Assembly (NCBI RefSeq): GCF_006345805.1
Contig: NC_043016.1
Coordinates: 24,118,001 to 24,182,000, forward strand
Length of the DNA: 64,000 nucleotides
Direction: 5' to 3'
Source of the DNA: Octopus sinensis
Lineage: Eukaryota
The notes under the pieces are model-generated. The model saw only the letters and a program-made list of their open reading frames with translations, did not search any database and was not told where the DNA came from. A program made the translations under genes and the position numbers. Below, one piece after another: positions 23,977 to 37,000 of the stretch (positions within the stretch are counted from its first letter, which is position 1; each line of letters begins with the position of its first letter).

Positions 23977-24170
23977 TGTTTATTTGTCAGTGTAAGTTCT
24001 TTCATCACATATTCTGTGACTTCTTTGGTGACTTTCTGTTCCATATGTCACCTCTTGTCCTGCCCATTCCTTTTTTGACAAAATGGAATAAACAGGACAA
24101 GAGGAGACACATGGGACAGAAAGTCACCAAAGAAGTCACAGAATGTGTGACGAAAGAACTTTCATTGACA
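23795..24170. mobile_element. PLE-family inverted arm plus 186-bp palindrome of two hammerhead-derived arms (23985-24170)
   Basis: TTTGCAAGATTCTTG terminal motif, then (TTA)n, then near-perfect fold-back. The right arm reads CCAAAGA-A-GTCACA(gaatg)TGTGAC-GAAA-GAACT-T. Confidence 0.8.
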
Positions 24171-24227
24171 TGATGATGATGATGATGATGATATACATGT
24201 ATATTTATACTCTAGAGGATGATCATT

Positions 24228-24460
24228 TTATTTCTTTACTGCCCACAAGGGGCTGCACACAGAGGGGACAAACAAGGACAGACAAATGGATTAAGTCAAT
24301 TATATTGACCCCAGTACGTAACTGATACTTATTTAATCGACCCCGAAAGGATGAAAGACAAAGTCGACCTCGGCAGAATTTGAACTCAGAGCATAGTGGT
24401 AGACGAAATACCGCTAAGCATTTCGCCCGGCATGCTAGCATTTCTGCCAGCTCGCAGCCT
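24228..24460 (-). mobile_element. SINE family B
   Basis: Matches 4978-5209; probable TSD ATGATCAT. Confidence 0.9.
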
Positions 24461-24703
24461 TTCTGGGGAATGATCATCTATTGCCAATTAAACACCAACA
24501 CTATTTATTTGATCTTCACTTTATTATTATTATTTTTAGTTTGTCTGTCAAAGATCTAAGATAACTGACAGTATTCATAAAAGAAGTATCTTCCTTTCAT
24601 AGGGTTATCTTGAGATGATGATTTGCTTTTATTTAGATATAATATGAACCCTCAATCAGCTGATAGGTTCCATAAACACTTTTATTGGGGTTTTTATTTT
24701 CAA

Positions 24704-24924
24704 CCCTTTAGCATTTAAACTGGCCATATCCAGCCCAAATATTCTGCCAGTTTTATGTTAGGACTGGCCATATTCAGCCTCTCACACCTACCCTATAATG
24801 TCATTCTAAAAATAAATAATCACATCATTGAAATCCAAAAGCTATGAAACAATGAAATGGTTAATTCATAACAATGCCAATAAATAAGTATTACATTAAA
24901 CAGAATAATCTAAATGCTAAAAGG
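24704..24924. mobile_element. piggyBac-type MITE family X (221 bp)
   Basis: CCCTTTAGCATTTA...TAAATGCTAAAAGG termini with TCAA/TTAA flanks. Confidence 0.75.
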
Positions 24925-25139
24925 TTAAACAAGTAAGATCCAAATCGCTGTTGAAGAGAACAAAAAAATAACATTCCTAGATATAACACTAAATTTATCT
25001 AGTAACATATTTAGTTCATATGAAAAAAGATCTTTTGTATGTCTATAATCTAATCACTTTAGTTAGGAATGTTTTTTAAGAATTCCATCAATCAACTGTA
25101 ATGGAAAGGTATTCAATGAATTGGGTAAATGGTAAAGAT

Positions 25140-25457
25140 CCCTTTTGGTCATGAATGACCATGGGATTGCACCTAGAAAGCTACCCTCCAAAGCACAAGT
25201 CTGAGCAAGATTATTTGTGGAAGGCCAGCAGTCGCCCATGCATACCATCCTCCCCTCTCCACGCCACTGATGTTATCCAAGAGAAAGGCAAAGGCTGATA
25301 CAGCTAGGCACCAGTGACATTGCAATTCGTTTCTACAGCTGAGTGAAGTGGAGCAACATAAAATAAAGTGTCTTGCTCAAGAACACAGCACACAGCCCAG
25401 TCACTACCACATGATTGCGAGCCTGATGCTGTAACTACTGAGCCATGCACCTTCACA
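25140..25457 (-). mobile_element. SINE family D
   Basis: Minus-strand TTCTTGAGCAAGACACTTT..TTGCTCCACTTCACTCAGCTG body after a tRNA-like head; a related fragment lies at ~58465-58585. Confidence 0.65.
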
Positions 25458-25744
25458 TTCAATGAATCATTTCATGAATATAATAAAGCACTCACAAAGA
25501 ATGATTATAAAGAGACAATTTAATGCATGAAATATATGTCCATTCACCCCAACAGAAAATAAAAACGAAGCCGAAAAAAACCAGTCATTTGGTATGATGC
25601 AATTTTCCAGTTTTCACTCAAGTAACCAAAATTTAAAAAAAAATTATTTGATAACCATGTTCACAAATAGAACAAATTATTCACTAGACACAGTTAAATT
25701 CCCATATTCAACTTCTCACAATTTTGCACAACCAAACATTCAAG

Positions 25745-26022
25745 TGAGGTCGTTGCCAGTGCTGCTGGACTGGCTCCTGTGCAGGTGGCACTTAAAAAGC
25801 ACCATTTGAGCATGGCCATTGCCAGTACTGCCTTAGTGGCACGTAAAAGCACCCACTACACTCTCGGAGTGGTTGGCATTAGGAAGAGCAACCAGCTGTA
25901 GAAACTCTGCCAGATCAAGATTGGAGCCTGGTGCATCCATCTGGTTTGCCAGACCTCAGTCAAATCGTCCAACCCATGCTAGCATGGGAAGCGGATGTTA
26001 AACGATGATGATGATGATGATG
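25745..26022 (+). mobile_element. RTE 3' UTR fragment with (GAT)n tail
   Basis: Matches 61740-62040. Confidence 0.9.
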
Positions 26023-26616
26023 ATAAATCATCTCTTCAAACACAAACAGAAAGATATTTACTCTAACAATGCAAGCCCCCCACCCCCACCCCATATAATT
26101 TCAGTTGACTTGATTATAATTATACCCCCTTGGAGGACAATATCTTGTCAAAAATATGTCTACAAAGTAGCGGTAAAACTGTTTTTTAAAAATGTGTTTA
26201 AACCAATACTGGAACAGGAACAAATCAGTATTAACATAATTTTTCATATATTCACAGAAATATAAAAGCTAGTACCTCCACTGTTAACACATACATGGCA
26301 GCTAAAAGATTTTAGTATAAATTTTAATATTGCAAATGATCCTAACAAGGGCCAAACCATGTGAAAAAAGAAAAGCACCAACTTTGCACATTAAAAAGTA
26401 CAGGGTCGTCATTTTCAGGATTAACTCATCTGAGTACATCTGTGGTGTATGTTTGAGCTTCTTCATCTTGATGGGTGTGAAGGATGCCAGCACTTGAGGT
26501 GGCTGTTTAGGCTGAGGAAAGCAAAGCATAGAAGAACCAGGGCCATTTATCACAGGGGAGGGTTAACGGAGGATGAGGAAGTACAAGTCAGCCTTTGTGT
26601 CTTCAACATCTGATCT

Positions 26617-26696
26617 CTACCTTTTGATATCTGTTATTTCCATTTGGGCTGTGTCCCTTGATGATGATATGCCACCACTTTGAGCAGTACTGTTAT
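26617..26696 (-). CDS. Candidate terminal coding exon (xNSTAQSGGISSSRDTAQMEITDIKR*)
   Basis: ttgttctttag| acceptor; phase-1 frame open to TAG; unique sequence (possible 3' UTR) follows to ~26300. Confidence 0.45.
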
Positions 26697-27028
26697 CTAA
26701 AGAACAATTATTAAATAGAAATTCTGAACTCATCTCTAGCTGCTACTACCACACCTATAGTTCATTACAACATTTAAACCCATAGACATCTCAGACAGGT
26801 AAACCACCATAGCTGAATGTGATTCATATAATTTTCTTAAACACCCAAAAGTTTTTGCTTAGTCATGCTGTTTATTTATATATATATACATTTCTTTAAG
26901 CAAATACAACAGATAAATCCCAGATAGTCATTTACTGTGTTACCTATGACCTATACCAAGTGTGTCAGCACAACAAGGAAATTATTTACTACACAGCTAA
27001 ATAAAATTGAAGTTTATAATGACCATAC

Positions 27029-27120
27029 CCCATTTCTCTCATGTTTGCTTGTTCAACCTATCTCTTTATCATTCCTTTTCTCCTCGTGTTATACTTGGTT
27101 TTTACTGATAACTTGCACAC
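27029..27120 (-). other. Candidate 92-nt exon with stops in all frames
   Basis: agtttag| acceptor and GGG|gtatgg donor. Confidence 0.3.
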
Positions 27121-27379
27121 CTAAACTATACTGCCAAACATACATAAATTATCCAGAAAACAGCAACACGTTTTGAGATTCAGGTGCATTTTCAAATACC
27201 AAACCAGTTTTGGCAATTTTTGGCTTATCAATAATATAAAATAAAGGCTTTAGGAGAGTTTAAAATTACAAGATGAAATTCAGCAAAGCCTGTTTAAACA
27301 ATCAAATTTAAAAACAACTATATGGTTTGAGATTTGGTACATTTTCAAACCCCAAAACAAATCCTCCTACATGTAGATG

Positions 27380-27850
<471 letters not shown>

Positions 27851-28769
27851 CCTTTTAAAAATACATATTATATAAGTAAAGCATGCACAATGACCTCATT
27901 CATACTGGACCCTGACCAGTGGGGATGTTTATGACTGGACAACAGTTTGTGCACATTTGCAAGAGTAATGTATTATTTGAATTTCTACTTGGCAAATATT
28001 GCATGTTTGAATATCCATGCAACTTCATTTGCTATTTGTGTGTGATATAAGCCATTGAAACATTTTCATTGCTTTTTTTTTTCTTAAAAACAATAACACT
28101 TCTTTCATTTGGTTTGTATCAAAAGGGTGATGATAATGTGAATGAGATGGCTTAATTTTTCACTTCGCACAAACATAAATAAGATAACAGTATTTACAAT
28201 GATAATGTGTTTAGTAACGAATCCTAACTCTATTAAAAATGCATCAAAGTGTGTGTGGCAGTATTTAGGCAGTAATTTTTTTATTGCCTTATAAATGCAC
28301 ATTCTTTTAATTTAATTGTTCCTCTTCTACATCTATTTACATTTTCCACTGTTGATGTTTTTCTTACCAGCATTCTACTAAATTAATATTTAATTGTTTT
28401 TAACAGAGGTAAATCTAATTTTAGAATTTTTCTTTTCAATATAAGTAATAAAATAACATACACACATTGCTATTAAATATCGGTAAATTTCTTGAACGAA
28501 TCTGACATTCAAAACTGTTTAATCATGCTTCATAAATGTATGATGCTTCAAGAGAAGGGGCGAGACACTTAGCAACAGCTTTTTTGTGATGGTTTTAGTG
28601 AAACATATCAACCTAACTAGCCATAAATTTTTTTTAATATTTTGGAAAACATTAAAAATATTTCAAATGAATATGTCAGCCCTGATCCAACAGACATCAT
28701 CAATTAGTAAAACCTCTATGTAGTTGCTCAACATGCTAGAAATAGCAGCCAAATCTCCCTTAAACTATA

Positions 28770-28900
28770 TCTTACTGGAAGACATGGGATGAAGTGGTGA
28801 AGGCTGTCCTCAGAAGTCTGAGCTTAAGGGATGAGATGATGAAGGACAGGATCTCTGGTGATATGAGGTTCTCAAAAAGACTTGACCACCTCAGCAAAAT
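28770..28900 (+). mobile_element. RTE ORF C-terminal fragment
   Basis: KTWDEVVKAVLRSLSLRDEMMK. Confidence 0.6.
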
Positions 28901-28996
28901 AATAGTGCAGAATATTTAAACACTATTAATAAACAAGAGTTTTCAATTGTTATTCCAGAAGACAAACACATTCCTATAGCTGGTAATCAATCATAC

Positions 28997-29032
28997 AATC
29001 ATCTACAACTGGCACAATTACTGCAACTTCTT
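28997..29032 (-). other. Candidate 36-nt exon (EEVAVIVPVVDD)
   Basis: Pyrimidine-rich 25-bp duplicated tract, then cag|; GATT|gtatga donor. Confidence 0.3.
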
Positions 29033-29719
29033 CTGCAGCCAAATTTGGAAACAGTGCAATAGCAAAGATTTGGAAACGGTGCAACAGCAAAGACTTTATC
29101 CAGGACAGTCGCCAGCTAACAGACCAGACTAAACTGACAATTTTTAATATGAAACTTAGGGATCTCTAATATATCTTCTTTTAATATGCTACTGGCATAA
29201 ATAAACTTGTTTCACGTTGGCAAAACTGTGTTGATTCTGATGGTATTTATTTCGATTAATAAAGTTTTGTTTGAGCCAACATATGTGCATCTGAATTTAA
29301 AGGTTAAAAGCCACAAGAACTTTCTTGACAACCTAATAATGACTTGTGAGCATTTTTAACAAATGTTAGCTGTCATGGAAGCAGACCACAGATAGTAGAC
29401 AGTAGCTTTAATAATTTATCTTCATGGAAATGTGTAAAAATAAAAAATTCAACTGACAGAACTTAGAATCATATGTACTTAAAATCATATACTCTTTACT
29501 TTTTACTCTTTTACTTGTTTCAGTCATTTGACTGCGGCCATGCTGGAGCACCACCTTTAGTTGAGCAAATCGACCCCCAGGACTTATTCTTTGTAAGCCT
29601 AGTACTTATTCTATCAGTCTATTTTGCCGAACTGCTAAGTTACGGGGACGTAAACACACCAGCATCGGTTGTCAAGCAATGTTGGGGGGACAAACACAGA
29701 CACACAAACATATACACAC

Positions 29720-29749
<30 letters not shown>

Positions 29750-29751
<2 letters not shown>

Positions 29752-30058
29752 CACGTGATCACGTGACCGACCAGACCATCAGATGTTGTTACACATCGCT
29801 GGTCACAATGCGTTTGCATTGTTTTAGCCTTTGAATGACGCCACCCCGCTGGGCTAAGCGAGCAGGCCAACAGAAGAAAGAGTGAGAGAAAGAGTGGAGA
29901 AAGAGTACAGCAGGGATCACCACCCCCTGCCGGAGCCTCGTGGAGCTTTTAAGTGTTTTCACTCAATAAACACTCATAACACCCGGTCTGGGAATCGAAA
30001 CCGCGATCCTGCGACCGCGAGTTCGCTGCCTTAACCACTAGGCCATTGCACCTCCACA
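29750..30058 (-). mobile_element. SINE family C, tail type i, young
   Basis: CpG-rich intact head; anticodon-like TCG in AACTCGCGGTC. Confidence 0.9.
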
Positions 30059-30074
30059 CATATACATATATATG

Positions 30075-30783
30075 GAAAAATGGAAAAAAATTATGGTAAA
30101 TTATTTTTAAAATCGTAGACTCATTGTAGACGCGCGCTAATACCCAGACGGGCTTGATATGAATCACGACTATAAGATACCCGAATTTGGTGAAACTGCA
30201 CCGCAAAATGTGGGAGTAGTTAGGAATCCAAATCGTAGGAGACAGACACTCACACAACTACAGTTTTATATATATACTAGCAGTATCGCCCGGCGTTGCT
30301 CGGGTTTGTAAGGGAAATAACTATATAAGCATTTTTAGAGAGTTACTTCCCTTATAAATTCAGGCTTTCTTAGCCATTTTTGTTTTGGTATCTTCAAGCC
30401 ATGAAGTCGTTGTTCTAAAAGAACGCTGGTTTCCTTCACAACGCATTACGACGTTGATTTCTTTACACTCCCTTCCCCACAGCTTCACGAGGGAGGGAAG
30501 GGGGAGAAGCAAACAGGTGCAGCTGTGAGCGTGGACGCCAACTCCGCCGCCATCGACACACGATGCATTTTATGCATTAAAATGGAATAAAAAATGATGT
30601 TAAATTATTTTTAAAATTGTAGACTCATCGTTGACGTGCGCTAATAGTCAGACGGGCTCGATATGAATCACGACTATAAGATACCTGGTTTTGGTTAAAC
30701 TGCACCGCAAAATGTGGGAGGAGTTAGGAATCTAAATCGAAGGGGACAGACACTCACACAACTAGAGTTTTATATATATAGAT
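30075..30783 (+). mobile_element. Helitron/Helentron-associated non-autonomous element (HINE/DINE-like): partial copy 30075-30275 plus full copy 30276-30783 in tandem
   Basis: 5' ACTAG..CCCGGCGTTGCTCGGG hairpin and 3' GGAGTTAGG...GACAGACAC..TTTTATATAT end; a related copy lies at 44720. Confidence 0.7.
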
Positions 30784-30999
30784 ATATATATATATATATA
30801 TATACGATGGGCTTCTTCAGTTTCCATCTACCAAATCCACTCACAAGGCTTTGATCAGCCCAAGGCTATAGTAGAAGACACTTGCCCAAGGTGCCACGCA
30901 GTGGGACTGAACCCGGAACCATGTGGTTGGTAAGCAAGCTACTTACCACACAGCCACTCCTACGCCTATATGCACAAAATTCAAATCAAAACAACCAAA

Positions 31000-31985
31000 T
31001 TTAGTTTAACAACATTATGCTTTATGTAGGAAATGGTTCTGTAGTGGAAGCAAAGGGCAAAATTATTATACCTCAGGGAAGTAACATTGTTCAAGATTTC
31101 AATGATCTCATTCCCTCTATTTTCAATAAAAATGTTACACAGGAATGCATTGCAGAACTGGAAAAATTTTCAAAAATTGTTACTTTAAGACCAAAAAATA
31201 TTGATGTTGATCTCATCAATGAGGAAATACTAAAACCGTTTCCAGAAGAAAAGGTTCTCTTCAGTTGTTATCAATGTTTGCATCAAGATGGGTCTTAAGA
31301 ATTCACTACAGAGTACTTAATAAATATGCTAAATATTTCAGGCTTACCATCAAATATATTAAGATTAAAGACTAATACTGTAATTATTCTCTTACATACA
31401 ATTGACCAAGCTAATGACATATGTAATGGTACATGTTTGGTTATTCAAGACATTCAAGAAAAAGTCATTAACCCTTTCGTTACCATATTATTTTGAGATG
31501 CTCTGTGTTTCTTTCAATTAATTTTAAATATAACAAAAAATTTAGTAAAATAACTTAGTTATCATTAAGCTAGTTTTAGGAACATAAATTGTGACTAAGG
31601 TTTGGTAGAAGATTTTAATTAAAATCTTATGAAAACAGGACATTTGTACTACAGAGTCAGAGGCGGTTTCAGCCGGGTTGGTAACGAAAGGGTTAAGGCA
31701 AGAATTATAACTGACAGTTCACATCACAAAAAGCTATTTATTCCAAGAGTTACCATTTCTTCAGTTTGGTGAAGAGTTACTGTTTGCATTAATTAGACAA
31801 CAGTTACCTATTAAATAAGCAATGGTAATTAACAATGACAAGGACAAACATTTGAAAAACTTACTTTATATTTACCAAAACCTGTATTTACACCTGTACA
31901 ACAATATGTTGCCTTCTCCAGAGTGTCCACAGGACAAACATGCCACAAAAAATGTTGTTTACAAGGAAGAAAATCTCTTTTTAGA
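31000..31985 (+). pseudogene. Helitron PIF1-like helicase C-terminal remnant
   Basis: YVGNG, LRPKNIDVDLINEEIL, SGLPSNILRLK, ICNGT, FIPRV, QLPI, GQTF, YVAFSRV and TKNVVYKE motifs in order, with stops and frameshifts. Confidence 0.85.
31472..31692. mobile_element. piggyBac-type MITE family Y (221 bp)
   Basis: 14-bp TIR CCCTTTCGTTACCA/TGGTAACGAAAGGG with TTAA TSD at 31468-31471 and 31693-31696. Confidence 0.9.
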
Positions 31986-32389
31986 AAGACTGGCAATGAA
32001 GCCAACAATGCAGATTTCAGCTGTATACAACAGCAAACAATATCCATCTTAACATCAACCTTGGCATCGTTTACACATAAATCACAAAATATGGAAACAA
32101 TGAAACAATAATTTAAAAAGCCTGGAGTGAATTTGAAGTTTGAAAGTAGTTTAGCATATTGTAAGCTGCTATAAGGCAAGTTAAGCTATAAAATACCTAG
32201 AAATGTTGGGTTTATAAACCTCTCCTTATCCTCCATTCCCTTTCTCCCCTAGCTTTCCAACTAGAGCAGCCATGTCTCCCTATCTTCCTCTAACTCTTTC
32301 TCACTCCCTTTCCAGCCTTTCTTTCCTAACTGGGTTACCATGTATCTCCTACCTTTCCCCACTCAAAGGGTCTTTGTCTGGAAAGTTAC

Positions 32390-32680
32390 TTGGAGATCCC
32401 ACCCATGCTGGTGCTATGTTAAAAGCACCTAGTGCATTCCGCAAAGTGGTTGGCATTAAGGAAGGACATCCAGCCAAAGAAACCATGTCACCGTGCTGGT
32501 ACTACACAAAAACCACACAGTACACTCTGCTTTGGCATGGTTTTTAAGGCTCAATGCCTTCCCAAATGCCAGTCACTTTATAGACATTGGAGCCTAGTAT
32601 AGTCTTCTGTTTTGCCAACTACTGTGAAACTGTCCCAATCTATGCCAGCATGGAAAACAAGCATTTAATAATGATGATGA
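32390..32680 (+). mobile_element. Degenerate RTE-type 3' tail
   Basis: AAAAGCACC...GTGGTTGGCATTAAGGAAGGACATCCAGC...CATGGAAAAC...(GAT)n. Confidence 0.6.
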
Positions 32681-32820
32681 TTTTGACTTCAACTGAGGAT
32701 GGACAAATTACATAATAATGAAATCATACTTATGCAATAACTTCCTTAACATAACTACCACCATTAAAAAAGAACAATTCAGCAGAAACACAATAATCAG
32801 TAACAATATACAACAATAGA

Positions 32821-33296
32821 GGCGCAATGGCCCAGTGGTTAGGGCAGCGGACTCGCGGTCGTAGGATCGCGTTTTCGATTCCCAGACCGAGGCTCCGGCA
32901 GAGGGTGGTGGCAACCCCTGTTGTACTCTTTCGCCAGAACTTTCTCTCACTCTCTCTTCCTGTCTCTTGAGTAATGCTGCGATGAACTGTGTTGTGAGTG
33001 TTTATTAAGTGAAAATACCTAAAGCTCCACGAGGCTCCGGCAGGGGATGGTGGTGATCCCTGCTGTACTCTTTCACCACAACTTTCTCTCACTCTTACTT
33101 CCTGTTTCTGTTGTACCTGTATTTTAAAGGGCCGGCCTTGTCACTCTCTGTGTCACGCTGAATATCCCTGAGAACTACGTTAAGGGTACACGTGTCTGTG
33201 GAGTGCCCAGCCACTTACACGTTAATTTCACGAGCAGGCTGTTCCGTTGATTGGATCAACCGGAACCCTCATCGTCGTAACCGACGGAGTGCTTCC
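32821..33296 (+). mobile_element. SINE family C, chimeric, tail type iii, with 11-bp TSD
   Basis: ACAACAATAGA at 32810-32820 and 33297-33307; duplicated body segment at ~32889-32987. Confidence 0.9.
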
Positions 33297-33834
33297 ACAA
33301 CAATAGATTCAAAACAAACATTCATCAAGGTACATCTATTTTATTTTTTTACTTTTTACTTTAAGTTCCTTTACTTTTTTATAATATCAATTTAACAGTT
33401 TCTTTCAAAATTAGTATTACTTCATTTAGATGCATTAATACTTTCAAATAGTGAATAAATATTTATTAAGTAACAAAAACAAACAAACAATACAGATCTA
33501 TCGCAACCGTTATGGAGATGCATAATTTGTAGAATTTTCCAGTGAAACAAACATTCCTGATAGACTCACTAAAATCTCAGGAATAACCTGGAAGTTATAC
33601 AATAATCTAAGAAAGCCCATGTGTAACATGTAAAGGCTGAAGTAACAATATGCATGAAAAATATATATTTAGTAATAATTCCAGTGTACTTTAATAATGC
33701 ACAAAGTATTTCTTTCAATAGCAGAATTTGTTGAAGCAGACTTTCTATAGCAGGATGCCTTTCCTGTCATGAACCCTCAACTGTTTCCAAGTAAGGTGAA
33801 TATATATACATATATATATATATATGTATATGTT

Positions 33835-34078
33835 CTTTTATTCTTTTACTTGTTTCAGTCATTTGACTGCAGCCATGCTGGAGAATATATATATACACTT
33901 ATATGCTTACACATATACAACAGGCTTCTTTCAGTTTCCATTTACCAAATCCACTCACAATGCTTTGGTCAGTCCACAGCTATAGTAGAAGACACTTGCC
34001 CAAGGTGCCATGCAGTGGGACTGAACCTGGAAATATGTGGTTGGGAAGCAAGCTTCTTATCACACAGCCATTCCTGCA
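33835..34078 (-). mobile_element. SINE family A with internal deletion
   Basis: Head plus extreme tail only. Confidence 0.8.
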
Positions 34079-34103
34079 CCTAGACGTTAAAAAAAATATA
34101 TAA

Positions 34104-34510
34104 ATGGCTGTGTGGTAAGTAGCTTGCTTACGAACCACATGGTTCCGGGTTCATTCCCAATGCGTGGCACCTTGGGCAAGTGTCTTCTACTATAGCCTCG
34201 GGCTGACCAAAGCCTTGTGAGTGGATTTGGTAGATGGAAACTGAAGGAAGCCCATCATATATATGTATAAATATATATGTATGTGTGTGTGTGTATGTTT
34301 GTGTATCTGTGTTTGTCCCCCCAACATCGCTTGACAACCGATGCTGGTGTGTTTACGTCCCCGTAACTTAGCGGTTCAGCAAAAGAGACCGATAGAATAA
34401 GTACTAGACTTACAAAGAATAAGTCCTGGGGTTGATTTGCTCGACTAAAGGCGTTGCTCCAGCATGGCTGCAGTCAAGTGACTGAAACAAGTAAAAGGGT
34501 AAAAGAGAAA
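34104..34510 (+). mobile_element. SINE family A
   Basis: Near-full copy, head-to-head with the previous copy. Confidence 0.9.
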
Positions 34511-34823
34511 AAGTACTGAGTTACATTTGTTCAACTTAAACCCTTCAAAGCTGGGCCTCAGCATGACCACAGTCCAATGACTTAAATAAAAATAAAAGAC
34601 AATATCTATATTAAAAAATAATTGGTATAAAAATACTTAAAATTGAAATGGACCACACACACACACACTGCTTTGTACCGTAAAGGGATATACATGTTTT
34701 AGAGTTGTATGGTAAAAATACATAGTTTTCTGAATATCTTAGCATTTTCCAATTTGCCTTACACACAATTTGTGACACACAAGCAGACCATGATGGCACA
34801 CAAGTGCACCACTACACAGCAGG

Positions 34824-34889
<66 letters not shown>

Positions 34890-35199
34890 GAGAAAGAGAG
34901 AGTTTATTAAATCAGTCTTTTCTAAAATGGATACTTTAGAGTTGTTTTGATTCAGCAGTCTCAGGCTTTTCATCTAATCTTCAAAACTGCCAGTGTCAAA
35001 CCCCTAAAACCTATGCCTTTAGTCATGAATGAATACTCTTACATCCTGACCTTCAAAGTCATCTCACTCTTATATTCTTCTTATTCAGTATGGGCATTAA
35101 CATTTTATAGTTTACAACAATGCACATAATAATGTTGTGTAAACACACATACTCTGTTATATCCACATTTTTATTGTTGCATCAAAATAACAAAAATAT

Positions 35200-36450
35200 T
35201 GATTTATAAGACAAACACCAGGTCTCAAATTTCTTGAAGGACTTCATTATTGCTGTATCGACCAGATTAATCTTTTGTTTGGTTATGTAATAAGTGCTTG
35301 TGTAAAAATTTTGTTTCTTTAATCAAATACTACAGATAAGTAGCAGTGTCTGTTATATTCTTAAACATTGCTCGTCACAATGTACTTCTATTCTTCCTCC
35401 GTATTGCATCTTTCTCTTTCATTTAGGCCATAACTTTTTGCCTATGTCATCTTTTTGTTGAATTGGTGGTCTTCCAATTGGACTTGTCTAATCTATAGGA
35501 TACTAATTGACACTGCATAAATCTAACAGTTGTTTGTGAGCCTTGAGATAAGTCCACCCTAGCAAAACTTGAGTTTTTTTTTATTCTGCTTCATTTCCTA
35601 ATTAGCTTGCTTTGATTATGCTCTCACAAGGGTATTTCTGGCATGGATCTTTCCATGGCCTCACTGTTATTCACTGATCTTCCCATATCTCACTTAAGCA
35701 AAATAGTGATAATAAGATGGTAATATTGAAGATATTGTCACATACACTCTTGACCACCTGTGAACTCATCTCTGATCAAGATGGAAAATTCTTTCTACCC
35801 TGCTCTTGTTCTGCACAAAATTTCAATATTCATATCTTGATATATATTCACTCTCTGTCCCAAATAAATGTGTTCCATCACCTCTTCAGTTTCCAATCTT
35901 ACCACCATTAAACTTTATGGTACATTTTCAGAACTTGTGCCATTTGTTTTCCTGCAGTTTATTTTAAAGTCTACTGCCAAACTGTGGGTGAATGGTTTTA
36001 TCAGCATTGTTTGTAGCATTGAGGTTTCTTCAATGAGCACATTCTCATCTGCAAATCAGAGCTATGTTAGTAGTTTGCTCTTGATGTTGATGCTACCTTT
36101 CCAGTCAGTGTTTCAGATGACTGTTTCAAGACATTCAGAGAACTATACAAAGATAACATCTCTTTGTTTCAATGCGCATCATGATTAATCTTCTCAGATA
36201 CAAGAATGTACCTCAGATATAGCTCCGTTGTCACCATCCAAAGCAGTTTCAATGTATTGTCCCTCATTCCTTGCATTTCTAAATGCTTCAGTACTTCATT
36301 CATCTCAATGCTGCCAAAGGCCCTTGTTTAATCTATAAAGATAACATAAAGAGGCAGCTGATACTCTTTCACTGGTTTTTGCTGAGTTAGAGTTAATATG
36401 TAGTCTTATCCTGCCATAGTTGTTCCAAAAACCTGCTTGTTCCAGTCATT
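35200..36450 (-). mobile_element. Very old non-LTR retrotransposon remnant
   Basis: A-rich minus strand with faint RT-start similarity and many stops. Confidence 0.35.
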
Positions 36451-37000
36451 GTTTTTCATTAAGATGGTTCAAAAGTCATGTATGTGTGTGTGTGTGTGTA
36501 TTTACTTATATTATATATTGATCATTCATTTTTATACTTTTTGAGATCTAGTTATAAGTTAGGTTTTATAAAAATATATATTATTTGTTATTTATGTATT
36601 GGTTTATGTCTATCACTGTTTGAGTTGCATAATAGTTGTTTTATCTCTAATTTAGATTTTATATATATATACATGTCTATGACATTTGTAAACAGTTTGC
36701 AGTGGTGAGACAAGGTATATGGGACAATAGTTTCTCAGATTCTTCCTATCACTCTTCCAATAAAAGTAAGATAATATATAAAATATAATATATAATATAA
36801 TTTATAATATATATTATATACAAAGTAAGATTATATTACAACACAGCCAGGTGTGCAAGCCTGTGTGCAAGTGTGTGTTTGAATGAGTAAATTTATATCT
36901 ACTCTCATCTTCACATATATTCCCTAACTGTAAACAAAAGCCTCTCTCTTCATGCACAGTGCCCTTTGCTTGTAGACCAGACAAATTCATGCGTCCTTAC

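Larger units (their letters stand above)
29497..30967 (-). mobile_element. SINE family A split by nested insertions (3' half 29497-29750, head 30785-30967)
   Basis: The two halves flank a SINE C and HINE copies inserted in the central (TA)n. Confidence 0.8.

Noticed and set aside
32821-32890. tRNA-Arg-like sequence (also 15767 and ~30000-30058)
   Set aside because: It is a SINE head: no acceptor stem, and it runs directly into a repeated body bounded by a TSD.
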